Of a stretch of 64,000 nucleotides of DNA, positions 18,416 to 28,892 are shown in pieces (positions within the stretch are counted from its first letter, which is position 1; each line of letters begins with the position of its first letter). A program made the translations under genes and the position numbers. The stretch covers positions 800,001-864,000 of the forward strand of contig CAWAGQ010000004.1 in assembly GCA_963781585.1 (NCBI GenBank), in the 5' to 3' direction. The notes beneath the pieces were generated by a model. It saw only the letters and a list, made by a program, of their open reading frames with translations. It searched no databases and was not told the DNA's origin. This DNA comes from an uncultured Gemmatimonadaceae bacterium. GTDB lineage: Bacteria > Gemmatimonadota > Gemmatimonadetes > Gemmatimonadales > Gemmatimonadaceae.

Positions 18416-19737
18416 GATGATGCTCCCGGCCCCGGCCCCGCCGGCGTGTCGGTTTCGACCCGCTCCGCGCGCGCCGCCACGCGGCCGTCGCGGAGCATCA
18501 CCCCGAAGCGATCGCCGGCGGCCAGCGCGTGCGCCGACGTTACCGTGGCTCCGGTCTCGGAGCTGATTACGGCGAACCCCCGTGCCAGCGTCGCCAGGGG
18601 ACTCAGTACGTGAAGCCGACCGGTGGTGGCCTCGAGTGACGTGCGGCGCCGCTCCACGAAGCGCTCGGCCCCCGACGCGAGCGCCGTCGTCACCGACGAC
18701 AGCGCTCGCGTCGCGTGCGTGATCACCTCGGTTCCGGCCGCCGACAAGGCGCGCCCCGCCGCCGAGACGCGCACCCGCACGTCCTCGAGTTCCGGCACCG
18801 CGGTCTCGGCCGCCGCCGACGGGGTCGGGGCGCGGACATCGGCCACGAGATCGCACAGCGTAATGTCGATCTCGTGACCGATGGCCGCGATGGTAGGCAC
18901 CGGACACGCGGCCAGGGCGCGCGCCACGCGCTCATCGTTGAACGCCCAGAGATCCTCGCGGCCGCCCCCGCCGCGCCCGACGATCACCACGTCACCTCCG
19001 CCCCAGCGCGCGATCTTCTTCAGCGCCGCGAGCAGTGACCTCGGCGCCGATTCTCCCTGCACCGTTGCCGGAACAGCAACGATCTCCACCAGCCGATAGC
19101 GTCGTCGAACCACGGCAATGATGTCCTGCAGCGCGGCGCCGTCGATGCTGGTGACCACGGCGATGCGCTGGGGAAACGCCGGAAGCTTTCGTTTGCGCTC
19201 GGGACGCAACAGGCCGTCGGCTGCGAGACGGGCACGCGTCTCCTCGAATGCCTTGCGCTGGAGTCCGTCGCCCACCCCCTGGAGCGCGACCACGCGGAGC
19301 TGCACGTCGGACTTCGCCACGTAGACCGTGAGCTGTCCGCGGACCAGCACCGCCATGCCCTCGTCCGGCGCAGTCAGCAACCTCCGCACATCGGTGGCCC
19401 ACACCACGCACCGGACCTGCGCCGCGTCATCCTTCAGCGTGAAATACCAGTGGCCGCTGCGGTGACGCTTGAACCCGATGACTTCACCGCGCACCCACAC
19501 CGGTGGGAACGAGCCCTCGATGACGTCCCGGGTGGCTGCGGCCAGCGTACCCACCGAGATGGCGGTGGCCGGCCGTTCGCCGGGCGCGGGAATCATGACG
19601 GGGGCCGTGTCGGACGGGGCGCCGCGCCGCGGGTCCTCCATCTGATCCGGGAAGAGCGACGGCGCGGCTGAGCCCGCGCGCTCCTCGCGCGCGGGTGAGG
19701 CCGCGCGCTCCTCGCGCGCGGGCCGGCGCGAGGTCAC
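18412..19737 (-). CDS. xseA: Exodeoxyribonuclease VII large subunit
   Basis: [30 protein letters not shown] and APTPSAAAE motifs. Confidence 0.95.
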   Translation of the reverse strand: MTSRRPAREERAASPAREERAGSAAPSLFPDQMEDPRRGAPSDTAPVMIPAPGERPATAISVGTLAAATRDVIEGSFPPVWVRGEVIGFKRHRSGHWYFTLKDDAAQVRCVVWATDVRRLLTAPDEGMAVLVRGQLTVYVAKSDVQLRVVALQGVGDGLQRKAFEETRARLAADGLLRPERKRKLPAFPQRIAVVTSIDGAALQDIIAVVRRRYRLVEIVAVPATVQGESAPRSLLAALKKIARWGGGDVVIVGRGGGGREDLWAFNDERVARALAACPVPTIAAIGHEIDITLCDLVADVRAPTPSAAAETAVPELEDVRVRVSAAGRALSAAGTEVITHATRALSSVTTALASGAERFVERRRTSLEATTGRLHVLSPLATLARGFAVISSETGATVTSAHALAAGDRFGVMLRDGRVAARAERVETDTPAGPGPGASS

Positions 19738-20630
19738 GCACCCGCCTGGCGCGCGGCCCGCACCGTGTTCTTCAGCAGCATGGCGATCGTCATCGGGCCT
19801 ACCCCGCCCGGGACCGGTGTCAGCAGCGATGCGACGCGGCGCGCGCTCTCGAAGTGCACGTCGCCCACGAGCCGATAGCCCTTCGGCGCCGCGGCATCAG
19901 TGACCCGGTTGATGCCCACGTCGATGACGACCGCACCGGGGGAGATCATGTCGCCGGTGATGGCCTCCGGCTTCCCGATCGCCGCGATGAGGATGTCGGC
20001 GCGGGACGTGTGGAATTGGAGGTCGCGGGTGCGGCTGTGGCAGACGGTCACCGTGCAATTTCCTCCCTTGCCACTCTGGATCAGCAGCGCGGCCATGGGC
20101 TTCCCCACGATGTTGCTGCGTCCAACGATCACGGCCTCCTTACCCGAGGTGTCCACGCCATAGCGCAACAGCAGTTCCTGCACTCCGGCGGGCGTACAGG
20201 GGGCGAACCCGTCCTTCTCGCCGATCAGCAGCTTGCCGACGTTCACCGGGTGGAAGCCATCCACGTCCTTGTGGGGCGCGATGCGCCTGACGACGGTATT
20301 CGCGTCCATGTGTCGCGGCAGCGGAGCCTGCACCAGAATGCCGTGTACGCTGGCGTCGGCGTTCAGCCGGTCCACCAGCGCCTCCAGCTCGTCCTGCGGC
20401 ACGGTCGCGGGCAGCCGGATCGTCTCGCCCTTCATGCCGGCTTCGATGCTCGCCTTCTCCTTTGACCGCACGTAGCTCTGGCTGGCCGGATCCTCTCCGA
20501 CGATCACCACCGTCAGGCCGGGCGTGATGCCGTGCGCCTTCAGCTCGGCGGTTTCGCGCGCGACGTCGGCGCGGACTGCCCGCGCCACGGCCACGCCGTC
20601 GATCAGCCGGGCGCCATCCGACGGCGCCAT
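19734..20630 (-). CDS. folD: Methylenetetrahydrofolate dehydrogenase/cyclohydrolase
   Basis: [21 protein letters not shown] and [11 protein letters not shown] motifs. Confidence 0.97.
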   Translation of the reverse strand: MAPSDGARLIDGVAVARAVRADVARETAELKAHGITPGLTVVIVGEDPASQSYVRSKEKASIEAGMKGETIRLPATVPQDELEALVDRLNADASVHGILVQAPLPRHMDANTVVRRIAPHKDVDGFHPVNVGKLLIGEKDGFAPCTPAGVQELLLRYGVDTSGKEAVIVGRSNIVGKPMAALLIQSGKGGNCTVTVCHSRTRDLQFHTSRADILIAAIGKPEAITGDMISPGAVVIDVGINRVTDAAAPKGYRLVGDVHFESARRVASLLTPVPGGVGPMTIAMLLKNTVRAARQAGA

Positions 20631-20634
20631 CGTG

Positions 20635-22227
20635 TCAGCGCGCAAATTCCACCGCCCTCGTCTCGCGGATGACGACGATCTTGATCTGACCTGGGTATTG
20701 CAGCTCGCCCTCGATGCGGCGCGCGATCTCGTCGGATAGTGACGTCATCCGGGCGTCATCGACGACCTCGGGGGTCACGATCACCCGCACTTCGCGCCCT
20801 GCCTGGATCGCGTAGACCTTCTCGACTCCGCGATACGCCGACGCGATCCGCTCGATTCCCTCCAGACGCTTCACGTAGGTCTCGAACGCTTCGCGGCGCG
20901 CTCCGGGGCGCGAACCCGAGATCGCGTCCGCCGCCTGCACCAGAACCGACAGCTCGCTCTCGTGCGGGACGTCGCCGTGATGCGCCGCTATGCAGTTCAC
21001 CACCAGCGGGTGCTCGCCATACCTGGTGGCGACTTCCACCCCGAGCTGCACGTGGGTGCCCTCGTGCTCGTGGGTGAGCACCTTGCCGATGTCGTGCAGC
21101 AGCGCGCCGCGCTTGGCCATCGGCACGTCGAGCCCCAGTTCGGCCGCCATGATGCCGGTGAGCCAGGCGACTTCCTTGGAGTGGTCGAGGATGTTCTGCC
21201 CGTAGCTCGTGCGCCACTTCATGCGGCCCACGAGTTTGGTCAGTTCCGCGTGCAGTCCGTGGATGCCGGTCTCGTAGGCCGCCTGCTCGCCGAGCTCCAC
21301 GATCTGCTGGTCCACTTCCTTGCGCGCCTTGGCGACGACCTCCTCGATGCGTCCCGGGTGAATCCGGCCGTCGGTGACGAGCTTCTCCAGCGCCAGACGC
21401 GCCACCTCGCGGCGCACCGGATCGAATGTCGAGACGACCACCGTGTCGGGAGTGTCGTCGATGATGACGTCGACTCCGGTGGCCAGCTCGAATGCCCGGA
21501 TGTTCCGCCCTTCCCGGCCGATGATCCGTCCCTTCATCTCGTCGTTAGGCAGGGACACCGCCGAGACCGTGATCTCGGCCGTGTGCTCGGCGGCCACGCG
21601 CTGCACGGCGAGCGACACGATCTTTCTGGCCTCCCGTTCGGCGTCTCGCTTGGCGCTCTCCCGGATCTCGCGAAGGCGATTGGCCGCGTCCGCCTCCGCT
21701 TCCTTTTCCAGCCGCTGCATCAGCTCCTGCTTGGCCTGTTCCGCCGAGAGCCCCGCCAGCGCCTCCAGCCGCCGGCGTTCATCGGCGATCATGTGGTCGA
21801 GCTCCTGTTCCCGCTCGGCGACCGACTTTTCACGCCGACCGAGATCGCTGGCGCGCTTGCCCAGTTCGCGTTCCCGTTGATCGAGGAGGTCGAACTTCTT
21901 GTCGAGCTGGCCTTCGCGCTCATCGGCGCGGCGCTCCTCGCGCTCGACTTCATCGCGGCGGTGGCGGGCCTCCACCTCCCACGCCTCCCGGAGCTTGATC
22001 AGCTCTTCCTTCCCGGCAATGACGGCGCTCTTGCGCAGTCCTTCAGCCTCGCGCTCGGCATCTCCGACAATGCGGCGGGAGGTCTCTTCGGCGGTGGACT
22101 TGGTGGCGGCCTGGCGCGCGATCTCGGCAGTTCGACCGGCGCGGCGGCCCAGAACAAAGAAAGCCGCGGAGGCGCCGACCGCGAGCGCGCCGAGAACCGC
22201 GGCTACGAGAGTAGCGTTGAGACCCAT
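20635..22227 (-). CDS. rny: Ribonuclease Y
   Basis: N-terminal TM, coiled coil, KH domain ([13 protein letters not shown]) and HD domain (LLHDIGK). Confidence 0.97.
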   Translation of the reverse strand: MGLNATLVAAVLGALAVGASAAFFVLGRRAGRTAEIARQAATKSTAEETSRRIVGDAEREAEGLRKSAVIAGKEELIKLREAWEVEARHRRDEVEREERRADEREGQLDKKFDLLDQRERELGKRASDLGRREKSVAEREQELDHMIADERRRLEALAGLSAEQAKQELMQRLEKEAEADAANRLREIRESAKRDAEREARKIVSLAVQRVAAEHTAEITVSAVSLPNDEMKGRIIGREGRNIRAFELATGVDVIIDDTPDTVVVSTFDPVRREVARLALEKLVTDGRIHPGRIEEVVAKARKEVDQQIVELGEQAAYETGIHGLHAELTKLVGRMKWRTSYGQNILDHSKEVAWLTGIMAAELGLDVPMAKRGALLHDIGKVLTHEHEGTHVQLGVEVATRYGEHPLVVNCIAAHHGDVPHESELSVLVQAADAISGSRPGARREAFETYVKRLEGIERIASAYRGVEKVYAIQAGREVRVIVTPEVVDDARMTSLSDEIARRIEGELQYPGQIKIVVIRETRAVEFAR

Positions 22228-22259
22228 CTATGCTCCAACGCGGCCGGAGGCCGCCAAGC

Positions 22260-22387
22260 CGAGGGGATGCCACGGCGGCGAACGGGTCCTCAGTCGCCAG
22301 CAACGCGTCGGGCCGGCACCGACGAAGGGCGCGAGCCGGGCTGCGCTAACTCAAGCGATCGCTTGGACCTACGCCGCTGCGCAGGAT
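22260..22387 (-). ncRNA. Candidate 6S RNA (or structured rny leader)
   Basis: Lies directly downstream of zapA, has its own promoter, and shows long rod-like pairing (GCGGCG/CGCCGC, GGTCC/GGACC, TCGC/GCGA, CCGGC/GCCGG). Confidence 0.5.
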
Positions 22388-22392
22388 TCGTG

Positions 22393-22421
22393 AAGGTACG
22401 TCAGCGCGGCAAAAAAGGCAA
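22393..22421 (-). promoter_or_regulatory. Sigma70-type promoter
   Basis: TTGCCT-N17-TACCTT immediately after the zapA stop. Confidence 0.6.
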
Positions 22422-22739
22422 TCAGCCGGAGCTCGGCTCCACAGGCTCCCCGCGCTTCGCCGGCGGCAGCCAGTGTCGTACCTCGGCACCGAGGTCACGA
22501 ATGGAGTCGCCGATCTGCTGCACGGCGGCGCGTTCCCGGAACAGCTCATCGGTGATCTGCAGGGCGGCGAGAATGGCGGCCTTTCCGGGCTCGATACGCG
22601 CCTGTGCATCGAGGACGCCGCGGATATTCTGGTCCAGATATTCGGCGACCGCCCGCGTGTGTTCGGGCGAGACATCGCTCCGAATCGTGTATTCGTCGCC
22701 GACGATGGTGACTTTCACCACGTGTCGCTTCTCGCTCAT
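22422..22739 (-). CDS. zapA: Cell division protein ZapA
   Basis: VKVTIVGDEYTI...VAEYLD...AILAALQITDEL. Confidence 0.9.
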   Translation of the reverse strand: MSEKRHVVKVTIVGDEYTIRSDVSPEHTRAVAEYLDQNIRGVLDAQARIEPGKAAILAALQITDELFRERAAVQQIGDSIRDLGAEVRHWLPPAKRGEPVEPSSG

Positions 22740-23050
22740 CGTTCGCTCCCGGCGCCGGTGGGGACCTGCGCGGCCTGCTGCCGGAGGAAGCGCACCTGTT
22801 CCAGCGCCGCCCTGGCCCGTTGCGTGGCGAAGGTCAGGCGGGCGCGGAGGTCCACGTTTTCGCGCTCAAGCAGGGCGGCGCGCTGTTCGGCGAACAGGTC
22901 GCCCGACTTGGCGGCGGCGTCGTACGTTCGCAGGCGGGCCTCCGCCTGCAACGCGCGGCGACGGAACATCGCGAGCTCCTCGCCCAGGTGCCTGACGAGT
23001 TGCTCGAGCTGTCGCAGCGCCTGGACTTCAGGCCGTTCGGGGTCGGACAC
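22736..23050 (-). CDS. Small coiled-coil protein (ZapB-like position)
   Basis: Heptad-rich sequence between pheT and zapA. Confidence 0.7.
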   Translation of the reverse strand: MSDPERPEVQALRQLEQLVRHLGEELAMFRRRALQAEARLRTYDAAAKSGDLFAEQRAALLERENVDLRARLTFATQRARAALEQVRFLRQQAAQVPTGAGSER

Positions 23051-25472
23051 CCAGTTCGCTCTCGAGATTCCTGAGGATTTTCTGCCGCCGCCCTTCGATT
23101 TCCTTCTCGCGTAGAGTGCGTGCCGGATCGCGGAACGTCAACGTCCAGGCCAGGCTGCGATAGCCGGCCGGCAGTTCGTCGCCGCGGTATTCGTCGAACA
23201 GCATCAGGCGCTCCAGCAGGTCGCCGGCCGCGGCCCGGACCACCCGCTCCACATCCGCGGCGCGGATGCCGGCCGGCAGCAGCAGGGCCAGATCGATCTC
23301 GGCCGGGGGCGTGGTGGGAAGCGGCCGGAATGGTGCGGAGCGGCCGCGCGGGATGCGTTCCGGCCCCGGGCGGTGGGCGTGCGCGCCGGGGCCGGCGACG
23401 AACGCGTTAGGCATCACTCCGAGCGTGACCTCCACGCCGAACGCCGGAGACGCCCACGGCGGACTGTCCAGCACCATCCGCTGCACGCGTCCCAGGGGCC
23501 GCCCATCGGGCCGGCCGGCGATCGTCCACAGGGCGTCGTCGGCGCTCTCGACCAGCTCCGCGCCGCCGGGATGGGCGAGCGCCGCCAGGCGCTCACCCAG
23601 CGCCTTCGCGTCCCACACGTCGAAGGCCGGTGGTGCGGGCTCGGTGAAGTGCGCGGGCCGACGGCTTCCCATGATCAGCGCGCCCACCCGGACCTCCTCG
23701 TGCGGCAGCGCTCCGGCGCCGGGGCGGAACGTCGACCCGATCTCGAAGATGCGCACATTCCCCTGCCTGCGGCTGAGATTGTACTCCGCCCGTCGCGCGA
23801 GGGTCTCGAGCAGCGAGACGCGCAGGTGCGGCTCGTCGTCGGCCAGCGGATTCCGCACCCGCACGTGGGTCCCGTCGCTCCCGCGCACGAATGGCATCGG
23901 GCGCACTTCCACCAGTCCGTCACCGACCAGCGCGTCGCGGATGCGCCGGCCCAGCAGATACAGCGGATGGTCGGGCACGGTGCCGGGGCGGAACGGCTGG
24001 ACCACATCGGACAGCCGGTCGTATCCGCGCAGGCGGGCGACCTCTTCCAGCAGGTCCGCGTCACGAGTGACGTCGTTGCGCCAGCTGGGCGCGTATACTA
24101 CCAGCCGCTCATCGTCCTCGAGCGAGACCTCGAATCCAACCGAGCGCAGGAGCCGCGCCACCTCGTCTCCGCTCACCTGGTCGCCCAGCAACCGCGACAC
24201 GCGGCTGGGCCGCACCACCACCGCCGGCGGGGCGGCCGGCACCGCACCCACGTCGATCGGGGCGCCGTCCACCCGCCCGCCCGCCACCGCCTCCAGCAGT
24301 CGCGCCGCGCTCGCCAGCGCGCCGGGCGGCAGTTCGGGATCGACGCCCCGTTCGAATCGATAGCTCGCATCGGTGGAGATGCCTAACGCCCGCCGCGCGG
24401 CCCGAACGGCGGGCGGCGAGAAACAGGCCACCTCCAGGAACAGGTCGGTGGTCTGCGCGGTCACTTCGCTGTCATGGCCGCCGATGACCCCGGCCACGGC
24501 GATCGCGCGCGCCGCATCCGCTATCACAGTCGTGCGATCGTCGAGCGTGCGCTCCACCCCGTCGAGTGTCACCAGCCGCTCGCCCTGCTGCGCTTTGCGC
24601 ACGATCACCCGCGCCCCCTCGAGCCGACCCAGGTCGAAGGCGTGCATCGGCTGTCCGTATCCGTGCACGAAATAATTGGTCACGTCGACCACGTTGTTGA
24701 TCGACCGCAGACCCACCGATTCGAGGCGCCGCACCAGCCACCCGGGGCTCGGGCCCACCGCGACCCCGCGCAGCACCAGACCCATGTAGCGCGGACATCC
24801 GGCGCGATCGTCCACGCGCACCGTGACGCCGCCGCTCATGCTCTCGCGCTCGTGCAGCACCGGGGCGGGAAGAAGCAACGGCGCCGTGTCTTCCAGCTCG
24901 GGCGGGTCCCGCCGCGGAATCAGCGTCAGCGCCGACAGCTCGCGCGCCATCCCCAGGTGCGAGAGCAGATCGGGGCGATTGGGGAGCACGTCGACATCGA
25001 AGCGCACGTCGCCAACCGCGATCGCCTCCAGGAGCGGCGTACCCGGCGGCACGTCCACCGCCAGCGACATGATCCCGGCGTGGTCCTCTCCCAGCAGCAG
25101 TTCCCGCGCCGAGCACAGCATCCCGTTCGAAACCACGCCGCGGATCTTCCGCTTCTCGATCTTCACGCCGCCGGGAAGCGCGTCGCCCACCCGGGCGAAC
25201 GGATACAGCGCCCCGGCGGTCACGTTCGGCGCCCCGCACACGACTTCGAGCAGGGTCCCGCTTCCGTCATCCACCCGCGTCAGCCAGAGGTGGTCCGACT
25301 GAGGGTGCCGCGCGGCTTCGACCACGCGCGCCACCACCACCGCCGCCAGGTCCTGCCGCAGCCGGTCCATGCGATCCACCGTGGCGACGTGCGCCGAGAG
25401 GAGGTCGCGGACCGCCTCGGGAGAGAGGTCGTGGGGAACGAACGCGCGCAGCCACTCGTGTGAAACGAGCAT
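23028..25472 (-). CDS. pheT: Phenylalanine-tRNA ligase beta subunit
   Basis: MLVSHEWL, VCGAPNV, SNGMLCS, PNRPD, RFERGVD and a C-terminal FDX-ACB domain. Confidence 0.97.
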   Translation of the reverse strand: MLVSHEWLRAFVPHDLSPEAVRDLLSAHVATVDRMDRLRQDLAAVVVARVVEAARHPQSDHLWLTRVDDGSGTLLEVVCGAPNVTAGALYPFARVGDALPGGVKIEKRKIRGVVSNGMLCSARELLLGEDHAGIMSLAVDVPPGTPLLEAIAVGDVRFDVDVLPNRPDLLSHLGMARELSALTLIPRRDPPELEDTAPLLLPAPVLHERESMSGGVTVRVDDRAGCPRYMGLVLRGVAVGPSPGWLVRRLESVGLRSINNVVDVTNYFVHGYGQPMHAFDLGRLEGARVIVRKAQQGERLVTLDGVERTLDDRTTVIADAARAIAVAGVIGGHDSEVTAQTTDLFLEVACFSPPAVRAARRALGISTDASYRFERGVDPELPPGALASAARLLEAVAGGRVDGAPIDVGAVPAAPPAVVVRPSRVSRLLGDQVSGDEVARLLRSVGFEVSLEDDERLVVYAPSWRNDVTRDADLLEEVARLRGYDRLSDVVQPFRPGTVPDHPLYLLGRRIRDALVGDGLVEVRPMPFVRGSDGTHVRVRNPLADDEPHLRVSLLETLARRAEYNLSRRQGNVRIFEIGSTFRPGAGALPHEEVRVGALIMGSRRPAHFTEPAPPAFDVWDAKALGERLAALAHPGGAELVESADDALWTIAGRPDGRPLGRVQRMVLDSPPWASPAFGVEVTLGVMPNAFVAGPGAHAHRPGPERIPRGRSAPFRPLPTTPPAEIDLALLLPAGIRAADVERVVRAAAGDLLERLMLFDEYRGDELPAGYRSLAWTLTFRDPARTLREKEIEGRRQKILRNLESELGVRPRTA

Positions 25473-26500
25473 CAGCCGAATTGCGCGAGGAAGCGCAGGT
25501 CGGAGTCGTACAGCAGGCGGATGTCGGGAATCCCGTAGCGCGACATGGCGATCCGGCCGGGCCCCATGCCGAACGCCCACCCCGAATAGCGCTCGCTGTC
25601 GAGGCCCGCGTTTTCGAGCACCGCCGGGTGGACGAGTCCACACCCCAGGATCTCCATCCACCGCGGGCCGGCTCCGTCGCCAAGGTCCACCTCCACTTCC
25701 ATCTGGGCCGAAGGCTCGGTGAACGGGAAATACGACGGGCCGAATCGCGTCCGCGTCCCCGGCCCGTAGAACCGCCGGGCGAACAGCGTCAGCATCGCCT
25801 TCAGGTCGGCGAACGAGATCCCCTCGTCGATCGCCAGTCCCTCCAGCTGCGAGAACACCGGCGCGTGGGTGGCGTCGAAGAAGTCGCGCCGGTACACGTT
25901 GCCCGGAGCGAGGATCCGGATCGGCGGCGCGTACGTCTGCATGGTGCGCATCTGCACCGGCGATGTATGCGTGCGCAGCAGCGTGTCATCGCCGAGGTAG
26001 AGGGTGTCGTGCATGTCCATCGCCGGGTGATCGGCCGGGAAGTTGAGTCCGCCGAAGTTGTACCACTCGTGCTCGGCCTCCGGGCCTAACGCGACGGTGA
26101 AGCCGAGCTCCCGGAACATGTCGCAGATCTCGTCGATCACGATCGAGATCGGGTGCAGCGACCCGCGCCAGGTGGCGCGTCCCGGCATCGTGGGGTCGAT
26201 CTCGTCGCCCGAGGCGGCGCTCGCCAGCAGGCGTGACCGTGCTCCCTCATACGCCGCCTCGAGCGCGGTCCTCACCTGGTTGAAGCGCTGCCCGGCCTCG
26301 CGCCGGTCCGCGGGCGGCAGGCTTCCCAGCTTCGCGCCCAGGTGCGTCAGCGCCCCGCTCGCCCTGCCGAGCAGGGCGACCCGCGCCTCCTCGAGCGCGT
26401 CCAGCGACCCGGCCGCCGGGAAAAGCGCGGTCCCCCGCGACTCGATCTGCTCGAGCGCGTCGGCGAACGCGGGCAGGTTGTGGAGAGGAGCGTCGGTCAC
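25472..26500 (-). CDS. pheS: Phenylalanine-tRNA ligase alpha subunit
   Basis: HPA.DMHDT, LRTHTSPVQ, YFPFTEPS and GWAFGMG motifs. Confidence 0.97.
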   Translation of the reverse strand: MTDAPLHNLPAFADALEQIESRGTALFPAAGSLDALEEARVALLGRASGALTHLGAKLGSLPPADRREAGQRFNQVRTALEAAYEGARSRLLASAASGDEIDPTMPGRATWRGSLHPISIVIDEICDMFRELGFTVALGPEAEHEWYNFGGLNFPADHPAMDMHDTLYLGDDTLLRTHTSPVQMRTMQTYAPPIRILAPGNVYRRDFFDATHAPVFSQLEGLAIDEGISFADLKAMLTLFARRFYGPGTRTRFGPSYFPFTEPSAQMEVEVDLGDGAGPRWMEILGCGLVHPAVLENAGLDSERYSGWAFGMGPGRIAMSRYGIPDIRLLYDSDLRFLAQFG

Positions 26501-26538
26501 GGCAGCGGATGACGGCAGGAGAGGCGACGGCGTGGTGG

Positions 26539-26590
26539 AAAAACGAGACGGCGGCGGTCACGACCGGAGGTCGCGCCGCCGCCGGCCTCG
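26539..26590 (-). terminator. Intrinsic terminator after rplT
   Basis: Long GC hairpin (CGAG..CGGCGGCGG..CGACC TCC GGTCG..CCGCCGCCG..CTCG) followed by TTTTT on the minus strand. Confidence 0.65.
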
Positions 26591-26634
26591 CCGAACGAAA
26601 ACGGGCGCGCGCAGGGTGATGTCGCCGGGCCCGC

Positions 26635-26991
26635 CTACTGCAGCGCGGCGCGCGCCTTGACCGTCAACTCCGTAAATGCGTCGGCGTCGCGCACCGCCAG
26701 GTCGGCCAGCATCTTCCGGTCGATATCGATTCCGGCCTTGCGTAACCCGTTCATGAAGACGCTGTAGCTCATGTCGTTCTGGTGCGCCGCGGCGTTGATG
26801 CGGGTGATCCAGAGACGGCGGAAGTCGCGCTTCTTGTTGCGCCGATCGCGGTACGCGTAGCGCCACCCGCGCTCGACGGTCTCCTTGGCGGGGCGCCAGA
26901 GCTTGCTCCGGGCGCCGAAGGCGCCGCGGGCGAGCTTCATCACCTGCTTCTTGCGCTTGAGGCGTACGACGTTCGACTTGACGCGTGGCAT
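26635..26991 (-). CDS. rplT: 50S ribosomal protein L20
   Basis: MPRVK...[25 protein letters not shown]. Confidence 0.98.
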   Translation of the reverse strand: MPRVKSNVVRLKRKKQVMKLARGAFGARSKLWRPAKETVERGWRYAYRDRRNKKRDFRRLWITRINAAAHQNDMSYSVFMNGLRKAGIDIDRKMLADLAVRDADAFTELTVKARAALQ

Positions 26992-27001
26992 GGTTCGGTC
27001 C

Positions 27002-27199
27002 TCAGCCCTGAAGAAGCCGCTTGATCATGCGAATCTCGCCGTTCGTGGCGACGATCGTCGACCGGCGCAGGTGCCGCTTCCGCTTGGCGTCCTTCTTGGT
27101 GAGGATGTGGCTCTTGTTCGCCTTGAGCCTCCGGAGCTTCCCGGTCCCGGTCACGGTGAAGCGCTTCCTCGCCCCTCTGTGCGATTTCATTTTCGGCAT
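27002..27199 (-). CDS. rpmI: 50S ribosomal protein L35
   Basis: [21 protein letters not shown]...HILTKK. Confidence 0.97.
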   Translation of the reverse strand: MPKMKSHRGARKRFTVTGTGKLRRLKANKSHILTKKDAKRKRHLRRSTIVATNGEIRMIKRLLQG

Positions 27200-27210
27200 C
27201 GTCGGTCCGC

Positions 27211-27726
27211 CTATTTCGGCGACAGTATCATCGTCAGTTGTTTGCCTTCCATTTTCGCGGCGCTCTCGATCTTGGCCACGTCCGCGAGCTCCGAGGCGAC
27301 CCGCTCCACCACCGCGTGTCCGAGCTCGGGATGCGCGATCTGCCGGCCGCGGAACATCAGGGTCACCTTCACCTTGTTCTTCTCCTCCAGGAATCGTCGC
27401 GCGTGCCGCGTCTTCGTCACGAAGTCGTGGTCCTCGATTCCCGGTCGATACTTCACCTCCTTCAGGTGAATCACGTGCTGCTTCTTCTTCGCGAGGCGGG
27501 CCTGCTTCGCCTGCTCGAACTTGAACTTGCCGAAGTCCATGATGCGGACCACAGGCGGTCTTGCGGTTGGTGCGACCTCCACCAGATCCAGGCCGTGCTC
27601 GACAGCGAGCGCGAGAGCCCGATCGACTTCCATGATTCCGAGTTGTCCCCCGTCGTGGCCGATGACCCGAACGGGACTGATGCGGATTTGTCGATTGACC
27701 CGAATCCGCTTGGTGGCGTCCTGAAT
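27211..27726 (-). CDS. infC: Translation initiation factor IF-3 (ATT start)
   Basis: [22 protein letters not shown] and [11 protein letters not shown] motifs. AGGAG lies 9 nt upstream of an in-frame ATT at 27726. Confidence 0.95.
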   Translation of the reverse strand: MQDATKRIRVNRQIRISPVRVIGHDGGQLGIMEVDRALALAVEHGLDLVEVAPTARPPVVRIMDFGKFKFEQAKQARLAKKKQHVIHLKEVKYRPGIEDHDFVTKTRHARRFLEEKNKVKVTLMFRGRQIAHPELGHAVVERVASELADVAKIESAAKMEGKQLTMILSPK

Positions 27727-27744
27727 AGCTGTCGCTCCTGAGAA

Positions 27745-27936
27745 AGGGGATATCGCCGGTCCACCAGACCCGTGATGCGCCAAATAGAAACGCGGGCTTC
27801 ACCCGGAGCCCGCGATGCACGTCACGCCGCCGTCGACACCCGGCGCGCAACTTCGCGTGAACTCCTACAGCACCGATCGCCGCACGGCGAGGGGCCGGAG
27901 GGTGAGAGCGAATTCGCTCTGCTTGACCTGATTGAG
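27745..27936 (-). ncRNA. Candidate L20-binding leader of infC-rpmI-rplT
   Basis: AAGCAGAGCGAATTCGCTCTCACCC hairpin plus distal GGGTGAAG...TTTCTATTT, resembling Firmicutes L20 leaders. Confidence 0.5.
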
Positions 27937-27942
27937 GGTAAG

Positions 27943-27971
27943 AAGCTAAGAGGCTTGAAGTTAGAACACAA
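27943..27971 (-). promoter_or_regulatory. Promoter of the infC operon
   Basis: TTGTGT-N17-TAGCTT in an AT-rich patch. Confidence 0.6.
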
Positions 27972-28013
27972 GCGCCCGGCGCCAGCTGGTGGCGCCTCGA
28001 GACGCCACCCTGG

Positions 28014-28892
28014 CTATTCCGGCCGCCATCCATAGCCCTTGCTGTCCCGCACCACCCGCGCCCATGCCACCTCGGCATCGTGTTCGAAGATGATGAGCCA
28101 CTCCTCGTCCGCCGCGCGCTGCAACACCGACCGTTTCGTCTCGAGCGTGACCAGCGGCTGTACGTCATATCCCATGATCCACGGGAGCGGAATGTGGGCC
28201 GTGGTGGGAATCAGATCGGCGGCGAACAGCGCCCGCTCTCCCTCGGACTCGATGAGAACACTCTGGTGGTGCGGCGTGTGGCCGGGCGTGGGCAGCAGAC
28301 GAAGTCCCGGCAGGATTTCGGTCTCACCATCGACGAGGTCGAACAGCCCTGCTCTGGCGATCGGCTCGATGTTGCGCGGAAAATAGCTGGGCGCGGTACG
28401 CTCGTTCGTGTGGGTGGCAAACTCGTACTCGCCCTTCTGCACCACGTAACGAGCGCGCGAAAACGTCGGACGTACCACGCCATCGCCCTCGACCCGGGTG
28501 TTGCCCCCGGCGTGGTCGAAGTGGAGGTGGGTGTCGATCATGAGCGCGACGTCGTCGGTGGTGTATCCGAGCGCGCCGAGGGCATCTTCGAGTTGCGTGC
28601 GTCCATCTGCGCCTGCGTTCCGCACGTCATAGATGTCGTGAAACTTCTCGTTCTCCTTGTTCCCCGCGCCGTTGTCCACCAGCACCAGGCCGGCATCGTG
28701 TTCGATCAGCAGGCATCGCATTCCGAGCTGGATGCGGTTCCGCTCGTCGGGCGAGATGCGCCGCTCCCAGAGCGGCTTCGGCACCACTCCGAACATCGCG
28801 CCACCGTCCAGCCGCAGCGCGCCGGCGTGGAGCGCGTGGACCCGGATGCGGCCTATTCGCCGTTCGGCAACGTTCGGCGCGGGAACCGTCAT
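28014..28892 (-). CDS. MBL-fold metallohydrolase (YtnP-like)
   Basis: [33 protein letters not shown] and FEHD motifs. Confidence 0.9.
   Translation of the reverse strand: MTVPAPNVAERRIGRIRVHALHAGALRLDGGAMFGVVPKPLWERRISPDERNRIQLGMRCLLIEHDAGLVLVDNGAGNKENEKFHDIYDVRNAGADGRTQLEDALGALGYTTDDVALMIDTHLHFDHAGGNTRVEGDGVVRPTFSRARYVVQKGEYEFATHTNERTAPSYFPRNIEPIARAGLFDLVDGETEILPGLRLLPTPGHTPHHQSVLIESEGERALFAADLIPTTAHIPLPWIMGYDVQPLVTLETKRSVLQRAADEEWLIIFEHDAEVAWARVVRDSKGYGWRPE

Noticed and set aside
15469..18417. Very long plus-strand ORFs (982 aa here; also 20962-22995, 29467-31137 and others)
   Set aside because: These are antisense shadows of well-supported minus-strand genes, typical of high-GC DNA, and have no motifs of their own.
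26501..26634. pheM-like leader peptide or T-box upstream of pheS
   Set aside because: The only Phe codons are the terminator U-tract, in an ORF starting inside the hairpin; no T-box motif was seen.
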